Below are positions 34,514-45,400 of a DNA stretch of 64,000 nucleotides, piece by piece; the first letter of the stretch is position 1, and each line of letters opens with the position of its first letter. The DNA is taken from assembly GCA_905178155.1 (NCBI GenBank), contig CAJINV010000002.1, positions 11,658,591-11,722,590 on the forward strand. The letters run 5' to 3'. Below the pieces are notes generated by a model. That model saw nothing but the letters and a program-made list of their open reading frames with translations, was not told the DNA's origin and ran no database searches. The position numbers and the translations under genes were made by a program. The DNA is from Amoebophrya sp. A120 (taxonomy: Eukaryota; Protista; Dinoflagellata).

Positions 34514-36666
34514 CTACCCTCGCAGGTATAGGCGCTGCATCATCAGGATCGCCTGCGCCAGATGGTCCATTGCGTTTCCGGCCGGCCGCATCTGCTGCGC
34601 TAATTCGACGTGCGTTGGATTCTCAAAGATCTTCACCCGACCCTTGGAAATCGCGGACAGACAGTCCGCCATGCCTTCCAAGTACGCGCGCTGCTGCTCC
34701 GTGGACTGCACCTTCCACGCCGCGGCGGTCATCAGACAGTTGTCGTCCATCCAGGACTGAGACTTTTCGCTGTACACTTTCGCGGTCATCTTCGCCCACT
34801 CGGCCGTGTAATCCTCCGAAACCAGCCCCTGCTCGACCAGCTTCGGGTCGATCTTCTTGCTCTCGTCAACCACCTCCACGCCTTCGGGTCTCGGCAGCAT
34901 GCGCGCGTTCGGGTCGTTGTCCAACAACAGATACGGGTTTACCGCACCAGACGGCGCGGACACACGCGACAAATCGCGCTGCAGAATCATGCTGGCGGCG
35001 TCAATCGAGGATTCCTGATTGTCCCCGAGCGTGATGATCGAGGACTCGTGCAGGTTGGTGGCAGCAGCAGGAGTTACTTCGTCGATGCTGTGATGTTCCA
35101 TGGACAGACTGGTCGCCGCGCCCTCCAGCGTCGTGGTCGACGGCTCGCCGAGCAGGGTGGACGGTTCGTCCAGCAGCTGCAAATTGTCCAAATCGTAGTC
35201 TTCGAGCGGCTTGCACATGTCCTGCACCAGCGTCATGAACGACATCATGCTTTCGATCGCAGGTCCGTTAGTGGGCTTCTCGATCGGGGGCTTGGAGACG
35301 CGCGCCTCCGGCTCCGGGTGCTCGAGGTAGCTCCACTCGTGCAGTAGTTTCCGCAGCGGCGGCAGGCTCTTCGTGTTGTGCGAAAGCAAGGACGCCGCGC
35401 GGTGTATTGAGAGGAAAAATCCCCCCTCCCCATATCGAAAGCGAAGTTTGTGTTGCTGTATTTGAGTACACAAATCGCATTTGTCTTGCTGGAGAGGACT
35501 GCAGACCCATACCAAGCCTGAGTAGAGAGGCTTTGACTTAGGCGCTTAGCATGAAAAGCGTCCGTGGTGTTGGCTCAACAGCATGACAAACCGCCTCCAT
35601 AATGGGACGGAAGCTGCTGCCCTTGTCTTCTTGCAACACAAACGTGATTTGTGACCTCAAATCAGCAACACAATTTTTCGAAAACCTACCGCTTCAATAT
35701 GGGGAGGGGAAATTTTTCCTTGCGATACGGTGCTTCGACGGGGACAAGGACCCGGACATCGAGGTGGAGCCATGCGTGGTGGAGGCTTTCTTCTTCGTCG
35801 GGGTCTTCGCTAGAGTAGACGCCTGGTCCACCTTCTGCGTTTCCAAAGACGTGCTGGTGCTCCCGTGCGCCGCGACCTGGTGCTCCTCTTCGATGGCGAC
35901 GTGGCGGTGCACTTTGGTATCCACAGAAAAAAAACCCATCCACATCGATTTTTTGCATGACAAACACAGAATTTTATGTTTGTTTTGCATGACAAATTGG
36001 ATGTGGATGGGTGTTTTTTCCTGGATATTTGGACTCCGCTTCGTCCAGCTCGGTTTCCACCGGGATCTCCGTTAAGTCGGTACGGAGGACGTCGACCTCA
36101 TCGAAGATGTCCTTCGTTTCTTCCTCGGCAATCGTGTGGAGCAACGCGTCCTCCTGCGGAACCACGACGCTTTCGACGACCGGGTCAGCCGCGTGCTCTA
36201 CCGGCTCCTCGGCAACCGCCTCCGCAACGGCTTCCACGACTTCCCCCGCCTCGGGAACCGCAGCAGGCTCGCCTTCAACGACATGCGTTTCTGCCTCTTC
36301 TGCTGCCTCGGCGGCGGCCGCCGCTTCCTCTTCGACTGCTGCCTCCGCTGGCACCTCCTCTGGTGCAGCGACCTCCTCAGCGGCGGGAGCCTCCTCTGCG
36401 GCAGCTTCTTCTGTTTCAGCAACAGCTGGCTCTTCAGCAACCTGCTCGACTTCCGCCACAGCCTCTGCCTCTTCAACCGCCGGTGCCTCTTCCACAGCAG
36501 CTACCTCCTGTGCCGCATCTGTCTTCACTGCAGCTTCCTCTGCAGGTGCAGCTTCCACCTCCGCTGCAGCCGGCGTCTCCTCCACTGCAGTCGGCACTTC
36601 TTCGACCGGAGCCGGGGATTCCTCGCCCACAGCAGCAGCTACTTCAAGAATCTGTTCTTCCGCCAT
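34514..36666 (-). CDS. hypothetical protein with Ala/Glu-rich N-terminus, interrupted by two introners
   Basis: ORFs 35974-36666, 35694-35990 and 34514-35515 join in frame (EAESK|VHRH; SPSKHR|AASLL) after removing elements 35918-36027 and 35405-35727. The 3' end is uncertain. Confidence 0.75.
35405..35727. mobile_element. introner, family B subtype 2 (323 bp)
   Basis: TIR tattgagaggaaaaatcccccctccccata ... tatggggaggggaaatttttccttgcgata. TSD CGGTG at 35400-35404 and 35728-35732. Confidence 0.95.
35918..36027. mobile_element. short introner, family D (110 bp)
   Basis: TIR tatccacagaaaaaaaacccatccacatc ... gatgtggatgggtgttttttcctggata. TSD TTTGG at 35913-35917 and 36028-36032. Two GCATGACA copies inside. 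Confidence 0.93.
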
Positions 36667-37247
36667 TGTTGTCAGTGTTAACTTGTTTCAAAGTTGTGAA
36701 AAGGTGGCTTTTCCGTCTTCAATCACTCTATCAGCAATACGTTCTGCGCTCTCTCACCCAGTCTGGCTTTTTGATTCGCACCCCAGAAAAAATAACGGCT
36801 GTGGCAATTCTTTCGAATAAGCGAGACGATTTTGCGAAGGAAAAGTCTGGAGGGAAAGCATGCTTTTTTTTACATTGATGACGACAGATAGACGATTCGG
36901 CTTCAACGATACGACGTGGTTACGATCGGAAATTACGACGAGGATAACAACTCTACGTAACTAACAAGTGGGATGTTGGAAAACTTGTTTTCAAAGGATT
37001 CTCTATCAAAGTGGGGAATGCTATTCTCAATAAAATAGTAGATGTTCAACGAAATTCGACGACAAGCATGAACATCCAGCTCCAGCCTTCGCAAAGCGCA
37101 TCTTGTGACGAAGAACTTCCCACGTAAAGCATTTTGCTTCTGCGTAGTAGCGTTTATCCATGGTTGCAGGAGAGCTTTTCGAAATTTCAGAGTCGTTCGC
37201 TGTCGCTTTCATCAAATTCTCAGTCGTATTCAAGACAAATAAGACGA

Positions 37248-39878
37248 TCACTTTTTTCCGTGCTTCTTCTTCAGTTTTTTCGGAATCTTTTCCGCACGCT
37301 TCTCCTCCTTTTCCTTCTTGACCTGCGCCTTCCACTCCGCCTTGCTCACGTTGGGATCCCGTACGCCTTCAGGGAGCTTCTTTTCTTTCGGCGGTCTTTT
37401 TTTCTTGTCGTCAGCATCGGCTCCTTCGACCGGTAGGTCCTCTGCTGGCGTGGCGTCGATGATTGGAGAAGCAGCTACAGCCGATTCGTCTGCTTCGTCT
37501 TCACTGCTACTACTGTCCTTCTCGTCTGTAATTTCGGGAGGGAGTAGTCGCTCGACGGTTTTTTCTGCCAGATCAGGACTTGCGACAACTTCTTCTCTAG
37601 TCGCAGCATGATCTTCTAGAACCGATTTCAGCCCCTCCTCAACGTCGTCCTCCAAGTGCTCGCTCGTAACGCAAGTGGAACTGACCTCCGACTTGCCGCA
37701 GCTTGTTTTCTTTTCCCGCTTCTTTTCGCGGTATTTTCTCCACTTCTCCAAATGCTTCTCCCGTCGCTCTGCACGCTGCTGCTTCACGATCTTCTGGACG
37801 CTGGACTCCTCCTTGTTTCTGTTCGGATTTTCCTCATCGTCGCTGCCTTCCTCGTCCGCGTCCGATTCCTCCTCGGAAACAGAGGAAAGCAGGCTGTTTC
37901 TGCGATCCGCTAGAAGGTTGTTCACCAGCACCTGTACGTTTTTTCTTGAAAAAAATGATTTATTGCCATGCTCTTGATGCGAAAGTGAAACACAAACACC
38001 AGTCTGCCATCGAGAACTCCCGGCTAAGCATGGGTATGCACTTCATTTCAAAAAAACTCTATCCAGCACTACCGACTCGCCACGCTGCAGCTTTGCCATA
38101 TCCTTTTCCAAGGCGCCGACTTCCGAAATTTGGTGCAAATTCGACGGCACCCAGGTGTTCCTGAATTCGTCCTCCTGGGCGTAATCGGCCGCTTCCTTTT
38201 CGAAAGTGAAAATTTCCTCCAGATCATCCTCCCTCTCGTCCACCACCCACTGATAGAGCCACCGCAACGGCAGTACCTCCACCCCCTGCTTCTCGAAGAA
38301 GGCGTTGACGTTTTGGCAGTCGCGCTTCAAGAAGTCTAGTGCCTGCGGGTGGTCCATCTCCACGGACTGAGAGACGTCGATCATGTACACGTTCTGGTCG
38401 TAGTAGAGCATGTTGTACTCAGACAGATCGCCATGCACCAATTTGCAACTTTGGAAAAGGTCCCGGATCATGCGCACGCAGTGAAGGTAAACCGCGTTCC
38501 ACTTGTTGGTTATTTCATCATCGTCGGGCTTAAGAACGTCGGTGGTGCAGGGAATGTTCTCTGGATTCACGTCCTTCAACCTTGGCGCAGCGACGCCTTC
38601 TTGAGTGTCCCCGACAAGTGTCATGACTAGAACGTTGCCGCGGTGCTCGATGGGAAACGGGCATTTGATGAGCTTCGCCTTCTGGCGGATGCGCATCAGG
38701 TTCCGGAACTCTTTCTCGCACCATTGCGCGACCACCTTCCTGGGGTTCCCTTTAGTGCAGGAATACCTGAACCGGTAATCCCCCTCAGTATAGCGTGCGC
38801 GATCCTTGAAGACCAGCACTGAGGTTTTGAAAACCTTCACTGCGAGGTGCTGCGTCACTTCTGCGTTTTTTACCTGCGGCAGGGCGTGTGGCTGCTGGAG
38901 CTGCGTGTTTGCTGTGTTCTCGGCCGAATTTGCTTGGTCAGCGGCTGCGGCGGCCTTCGCTAATCGCTGCGCTTTTAGAGGGTTCGTCCGGTAGCGATTA
39001 TTCTTGTTCTTTTTATTCCCTGGATTGTTGAGCTGCTCCTCTTGCGGTCCGATAGGCTGCTCTGCGTTCTCCATCAAGAACGCTTTCTTTTTGTTGCTGA
39101 AGCCCTTATTGTGGTTGGTTTTCGGCACTCCCCGCGCACTTGATTTCAGGGCGGCATTGCAATTCTCCTCTTCGGGCTCCATGTCGTCGTCGTGATCTGA
39201 GTCGGAATGATCCCGCTCGATCGCATGTTCTGCTTCGACCACGTCCTCTTGTGCTAGGCCCCCTTGGTTGGTATTGTCAGCCGACTTTCTTGGGACCCCC
39301 TCCTCGCCCCCCACCACGGACGCCGCATCGGACCCGTAGTGCGCCACCAAATCCCGCTTGGTCGTACTAGCGTACACGTTTGCTTCTTTCCCGGTGGAAA
39401 TGCACCCGTGGATGCTTTCGAGCAGACCGTTTTGCAGAAATTTGTGCAGCACCCGCAGCGTGCGGTCGTCTAGACACTGCTGGACCGTGGCGCGGCTGTC
39501 GCGACTGATCCCGATCGCCCGGGGCGCGGAGGCTTTCTTCTCCGAGTTCTCGATGGAATTCTTGGTCGCGTGCGTCATGGACACGGGCTGCAAGTTTATC
39601 TTGTTCGCGAACTTCTGGCAGGCCACACGCTCGGCCGTGCCCTCGCTCCGGATCGACTTCTTCAAGGCCCCTGAGGAAGCTTGATCCGGGCTGCAGGTGT
39701 CCATCTTCGCTGCAAACACATCATCCTCGTCGCCCGAACTGTATTCTTCGTTGTAGTCCTCGCTGCTGTAGGGCCGTGCGGTCTCTGCGTCCGAAAAGTT
39801 GTAGTTTTTGTGGCTGGTCGTGCAGTTGTAGACGATTTTCGTCTTTGCCGCAATGGAGGTAGCAGCAGCGACGGTCAT
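37248..39878 (-). CDS. RIO1: serine/threonine-protein kinase RIO1; 2 exons
   Basis: ISTGKEANVY, AVKVFKTS..FKDRARY..GDYRF, LVHGDLSEYNML and IDVSQSVE. GT-AG intron 37932-38072 joins the RIO1-type lysine-rich tail (KRAEKIPKKLKKK). Confidence 0.93.
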
Positions 39879-40473
39879 TTTTGCTTTGGTAATTTCGGAT
39901 CTACTAATAAACTTGCTTCTGCAAAGCCAAAGACGAATTCAAGTAGTTGCTGAACTTCATCAATAAATGCAGTTTGTTGACAAACGGATTCCCTTTGGAT
40001 GTACGGCTTCAAGAAGATACAGCTCCTGTCTGAAAAGGATCGCAAACATAATTAAGCTGGTTCCTGGTTAACAACTTGAACATAGTGATCACGATCTCTC
40101 TTTTCAATTTCACAGACGAGCGCTTTGTCTTCAGAGATCGCGACCTGCAGGAATTTTTTTTTTGATCGCGGATCTTTCGCTTCGGATCGAATGAAAGACT
40201 CTGGAAGTTCATTGTTGCGATGATCCTACGGCATCTTTGATGTCTTTCATCTTTCCGCGAGATCTTCTTTTGACTTTTTTCCTTCCATGAACAAAGAAAT
40301 CACCACTCCACAACCTGAGAGGGCAGTAGGGCGCATAGCACTTACTCAGAAAAGATTGATCATCAGAAAACATTTCAAGTGTAGCAAAACAGTCAAAACT
40401 ACAAACATCGGAAAAGAGTAGAAACCTGCTGTGCATCAACGTTACAATGTGAATGATGTTGTACAATCCATGC

Positions 40474-41349
40474 TCACTTTCCCGCCAGCGCTGTCGGATC
40501 CGCCTTCACATTTGCATACAGCACCACCTTCGCGAGCTCCAGCTCGTCTAATCGCGGCAGAACCTTGGCGTACGACACCTCCGGATCCATGGGCGAATCC
40601 CCGCTGGACAAATAATCGCGCAGCGCCCACACCGTAAAACGGTAGCGGTGCGTGCCTTTTTTCGGACAAATCAAAGCGAAGTCGCGCTTGCCGGCGGAGT
40701 TTTTGCCGATGAAGACCAGCTTCTGGTTACGGTACACACTCGCGAAGTTGCTATCGTCGAAGCTACTCCAATCCCCCGGTATATTGACCGCCCAGAAATG
40801 GTTGAAGATTTTGTTGGTTTGCTCCCCAACCCCGTTCGGATAATCCATGTCCTCCACCACGATTGCGACGGATAGTGCCTTGGGGCAAGCTTCGCGACCC
40901 TTTTTCAGAATCGGGTGCCCCAGTCCGCTGTTCGCCGGCATGCCTTCCCACGAGAGGGCGGGGACGGAGTGTGTGGGAGCACCGCCGATGCACGTGAAGG
41001 AATTGTCGATCGTCCCGCCAGCGATCATGCTCGCCGCATGCACGACGAGGCAGTCGCAGCCGTAGCAGTTCTCCCATTTTGGCGGTGGGGGGTCGGCGGG
41101 TGGCGCCGGTGTGGTGGCCCAGAAAACGTACGGGAAAGGTCCGCTTGGTGGGGCTGGTGGCGCTGGGGTTTCGAAAGTGAAGAAATCCTGCGGCAAATCT
41201 TTTTCGTCGACCCTCTGTGTGTTTTTCTTGAGCAACAGGTTCTTCTTCCCGAGGGCGAGAGGTACAACTACGGGAAGCACCAAGACCCAGCGGAGCCGCA
41301 CTGCGATCCTGGACCGCCCCGGTCTACGGGCGGTCATAGTGGCCCTCAT
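40474..41349 (-). CDS. secreted YbhB/YbcL-type PEBP (Raf kinase inhibitor-like) protein
   Basis: Signal peptide, Pro-rich linker, PALSWEG, AIVVEDMDYP, HFWAVNIPG, GKNSAG, HRYRFTVWAL. Confidence 0.8.
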   Translation of the reverse strand: MRATMTARRPGRSRIAVRLRWVLVLPVVVPLALGKKNLLLKKNTQRVDEKDLPQDFFTFETPAPPAPPSGPFPYVFWATTPAPPADPPPPKWENCYGCDCLVVHAASMIAGGTIDNSFTCIGGAPTHSVPALSWEGMPANSGLGHPILKKGREACPKALSVAIVVEDMDYPNGVGEQTNKIFNHFWAVNIPGDWSSFDDSNFASVYRNQKLVFIGKNSAGKRDFALICPKKGTHRYRFTVWALRDYLSSGDSPMDPEVSYAKVLPRLDELELAKVVLYANVKADPTALAGK

Positions 41350-42411
41350 TATGTCATGGCGCTGCCGTAAGTAGCACGGTCGCTAGTGAAGGTGAAAGTA
41401 GTTTTCAAATCATACCACAACAGAAAACGAACCACACAGGACGACGAAAAACAAGAAAAAGGGTTTGCAATCCCTATCAATGTTCTTGGACGAACAAGCG
41501 AACACCACTAGAACCACCGTGCCGGCGGAGAGTCCAAGCGTAACTTCAGACATCATAAGCAAATCGAATCCGGTGCTTACTCTGAACGAAAAGTAGGCAA
41601 GCAAGATGCGGTAACCAACACCGTCGTGGTGAATGAAACCGTTAAGCGAAAAGTAGGAAAGTAAGGTTCCTTGTAGTAGTGTTCGATCCATTTTTAAGTT
41701 CACGCGTGATGAGCGCGCCAGCCCTTGCCCCCGCAGCCGAGCAGCAAAAACCAGCAGCTCTCCTAGGGTGTTTTTCATCGTCAATTTTGATTTCTTGCTC
41801 CGAAACTCTAGTATAGTCCACAAATACATTTGTTAAAGTTAATTTCAGTGCGTTGACAAAAAAGCAAACTCATCAAGATGTGCCGATTGCAAGAAAAGCA
41901 AAAGGTCAACGACTACTGCGTTGAGGTTCATATTGTAGCAACAGTTCATCTGTTCTAGCCCGAGAAATCTATCGTGGCTGCATTGCTGATATCAAAATCA
42001 AAAGAACTAGTAACATCCAGGGCGGGCACCACAACGAACCGCGTAACTTCCAATGAGTCTCGTGTTTGTTGCCAGCGTAGATGCAAGAGCTGCACTCAGT
42101 CTGAGACGCTCCTGCCCTTCCAACGGTTCTGGTGGTTGTTACAAGGGGAATAAAGGTGCTACAAATACAACAGTGTTTTGGTACTATTGCTAAGTAAGTC
42201 TCAGATGATATTTCGTTCGCCATCCAGTGGCGCGAAAAAGAAGAACTTTGTTCCGAATTAGGAGTTAGTGAACTACTTCTTGCATACTGCTCTACAATTT
42301 CCTAAAAAGAAGACGAGATCTCCTGGGGGGGATCTGCGATTATATCAATTGGCCTGATATTGTTACAAAAGAAGTGTGAAAAATTTTACTGTATCACATC
42401 CGCACGACCTC

Positions 42412-45400
42412 TTACGGTAGCCCGGCAAACATGGCCGCTCCCGCCACGCCCGCGACGGCCATGGCTCCCTGCGCAGCCAGATTCCGGGAGTACTTCCCGG
42501 TAGCGCTGCCCGCTGCGCTGCCCCGTTGCGCGGCCGTGACAATTTTGGGACTGGTTTGCCCGAAGAGGTAGCCAGGTACGACGTCCAAGAACTTTTCTTT
42601 GTTGCCCTTCATGCCGCGGATCACCCACTTGTTGTCGGTGGGCACCCTCGAGGGGTTTTTCACCTCAAACTGCACCGCGATGATGCCCTCCTTGATCTCA
42701 CTCTCGGGCTGCATCTGCACCATGAGCTGGTTCCCCGCGATCCGGAAGGGTTTGGTGCTCACCAGCGGCAGGCCCTGCACGCTGACCCCGTTCGGGTCGT
42801 TGAACATGACCCCCTCCGGGGATTCGATCGAGAACCACTCGATCTCCCCCTGGGGAATTTTGTTTCTCGCGACCAACTCCATCAGCAGCACAGACATCTC
42901 CTGCGGCTTCACTTCGTTCCAGGCGAACAGCTCGAATGCCAGGTCGATGGAGACCAACTCCACGCCGGGAATGCTCATATTCGCATCCACGGTTCGGCCG
43001 TCGCGCGTCACGAGTTTCAAGCCCCACGTGTTGGAAAACCCGGTCCCCGTGTTTGGGGTGGAGGGGTTTACCACCCCGATACCAAACACGTACTCCACGT
43101 TCGCCTGAAGAGTGGACGTTTGGAGCTCCAAAAGCAAATCCTGGTCCACGCCAGAAGCCTTGCACCGAGGCAGCTCCAGGAGAGAACCCTTGTGAACGCC
43201 GTTGCAGCGGAGATCGTAGCCGCCTGAATGATGAAATAAGTATTGATGCACTTGTCTCTGCTTCAGGTGACAGCACTGAATGATGGATAGATACTTTCAA
43301 TGCTTGTTGCCTTCATCTGCAACCAGACCCGAGCAACTCTTGTATCGGCCTGCACTTAAGCATGACAAGAATGAACAGAACACCGAACCAAAACAAAGTG
43401 TCATAAAGAACCATACCGAGTGTCGGTGGGACGATCTGCAGCGAGCCCCCCTCCGGCATCATTTCGTTGGGCTTGAACTTGAAGAAACTGGATCCCGACC
43501 CGCCTACTCGGTTGTTTCCGATGTAGGTCGCGGACATGGACTGAATCTTGTAGCCCGCCGCGACTCCCGTGTTGGACGGCTGCGTTTCCTGGCCGCGGAA
43601 TAGCTGTAGCAGCCACCTGTTCACCTCTGTGTTTTCGCTGTGGATCGGCGGGTTGGACACCTGCAAAACGACGGGGATGTTGATGCCCTGAATGCTGTTG
43701 GAGCTGGTGTCCAACTCCGCTTTGTTGTTGCTCCCGTTGCAGTTCGTGAACCGCGTGACCTCGCCCTGGGACACCAAGCAGGCCGCGGAAAACCGGTACT
43801 CGGGCGGCGCGAGGACCTCCAAACGCAGCTTGTCCAGCTGGTTGGGCGCCTCCACCTTGTTCGCGATGGAGAATTTGATCTCCAGATCGATCTGGCCGCC
43901 CGGAGTGCGGCCCGAGGGGTTCAGTGTGATCTGGCCCATGTCGCCGACCAAGAAGAAACCCGAGAAGCTGCCGTCGTTGGTCATGCGCCGCTGCCACCGC
44001 TCCGGGTCCTTGCCCGCCGCGCGCACCTCTCCCGGCATCAAGTCGTTCCACGGGTAGGAGTATCAAATGTAAAAGTGTCTGGGTCTGGAAGAATGGAACT
44101 TGTCATGCTAAATCTAAATGATGCAAAAATCTGTGTTGCGTAAGTGCCAAAAGCTGTCCGCTTTTGACCAAGTTGAGAGGGAGTTTCTCATGCAGGAAAG
44201 GCATGATAGAGAGCTCAAAGAATCTGTCATGCTGGTCTCGCATTCCAGACCTCATGGGTCATGGAAAACCTGCATCACAAGTCTTGCATTCTTCCAGACC
44301 CAGACATTTTTACACTTGATAAGGAAACCGCGGTCGCCACCTTCGCGTTCCCGTCCTCGTCGACCAGTTCCCGGATCAGGTACACTTCCACAAACCAGTG
44401 CGTGTCGGAGTACGGCCGCGTGGGCACGTCCACGTTGAACTCCACGAGCAACGCGCTGTTGGCGGGCACGAACCGGACCAGTTGAAAGTAGTATCTGGTC
44501 GGCGGGAGGGTGATGTCCCCCGGTTGGGAATACAGCGTGTCCACACCGTGCACATAGGTGAGGCCCTGCGCGAGCTCCGCGGCCGTGTACTGCAAGTTCG
44601 GAGATGCGGGCATGAAGCTGTCAGGGACAAATCGGTACCCAGTTGGGCGCGTGATGAACAAAACCTCGTCCTTGTAGACATCCGCCTTCAGAATGATCTG
44701 GAGCATCACCCTGGAATTCAGCTGCCCGAACAGATCCGGGATCAGGGTAGACGCGCGGGTCAACTCGATGTAGGGCAACACCTCGTAGCCGGCTTCCGTG
44801 CGCGGTGCGTGGTACTGCTTGACCTCATCTTTTTTCTTAAAGTCTGCGGTGTCGCCGTCGTCCACGTAGCTCGGCAGTGCCGTGGTCGCCGAGTCGGGCA
44901 CCTGAAAGGTCGCGATGTCCCACAGCAAAATGCCCGGCTGGGGCGGCAACGTGATCCGGGGAATGGAGATCACGCGCGTGACTCCCGCCTGAATCCCGTC
45001 AATCGGTGTGCCCGGCAGTCCGGACTCCAGCGTCGTGGGGGTCTTCAACGGGATCAGCAAAATCTCGGCGCCGGAAAACTGTACAGAGGGGTACAGTGTG
45101 GCGTCCACGTCGGTAAACTTCACGCGGTTGCTCGGCGGGCACGGACTCTGGTCTCCGCAGGGGGGGCTCCGGTAAGATTCCACCTGCAACCGGTTGTTCG
45201 GAATTACGATCTGCTCGTACCGCGGAATGCCCTGAATCTGCGCACTGGAAACCTGCGGGATCCCGCTGAACACCCACCTGGAGAAGTTTCAGAGGAAAAT
45301 AAATTGAGCACAACATGACCGTGGTCTAGAACTGCAAGAGGATCACAAAAAAATCACGTTGAAGGCCAGTTAATCAGAAGAGACCAACGCACATGTAGAT

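Noticed and set aside
43229-43413. GCATGACA and a ccagaccc fragment in a canonical intron as an introner relic
   Set aside because: No TIR pair or TSD is present, and a single octamer is within chance expectation.
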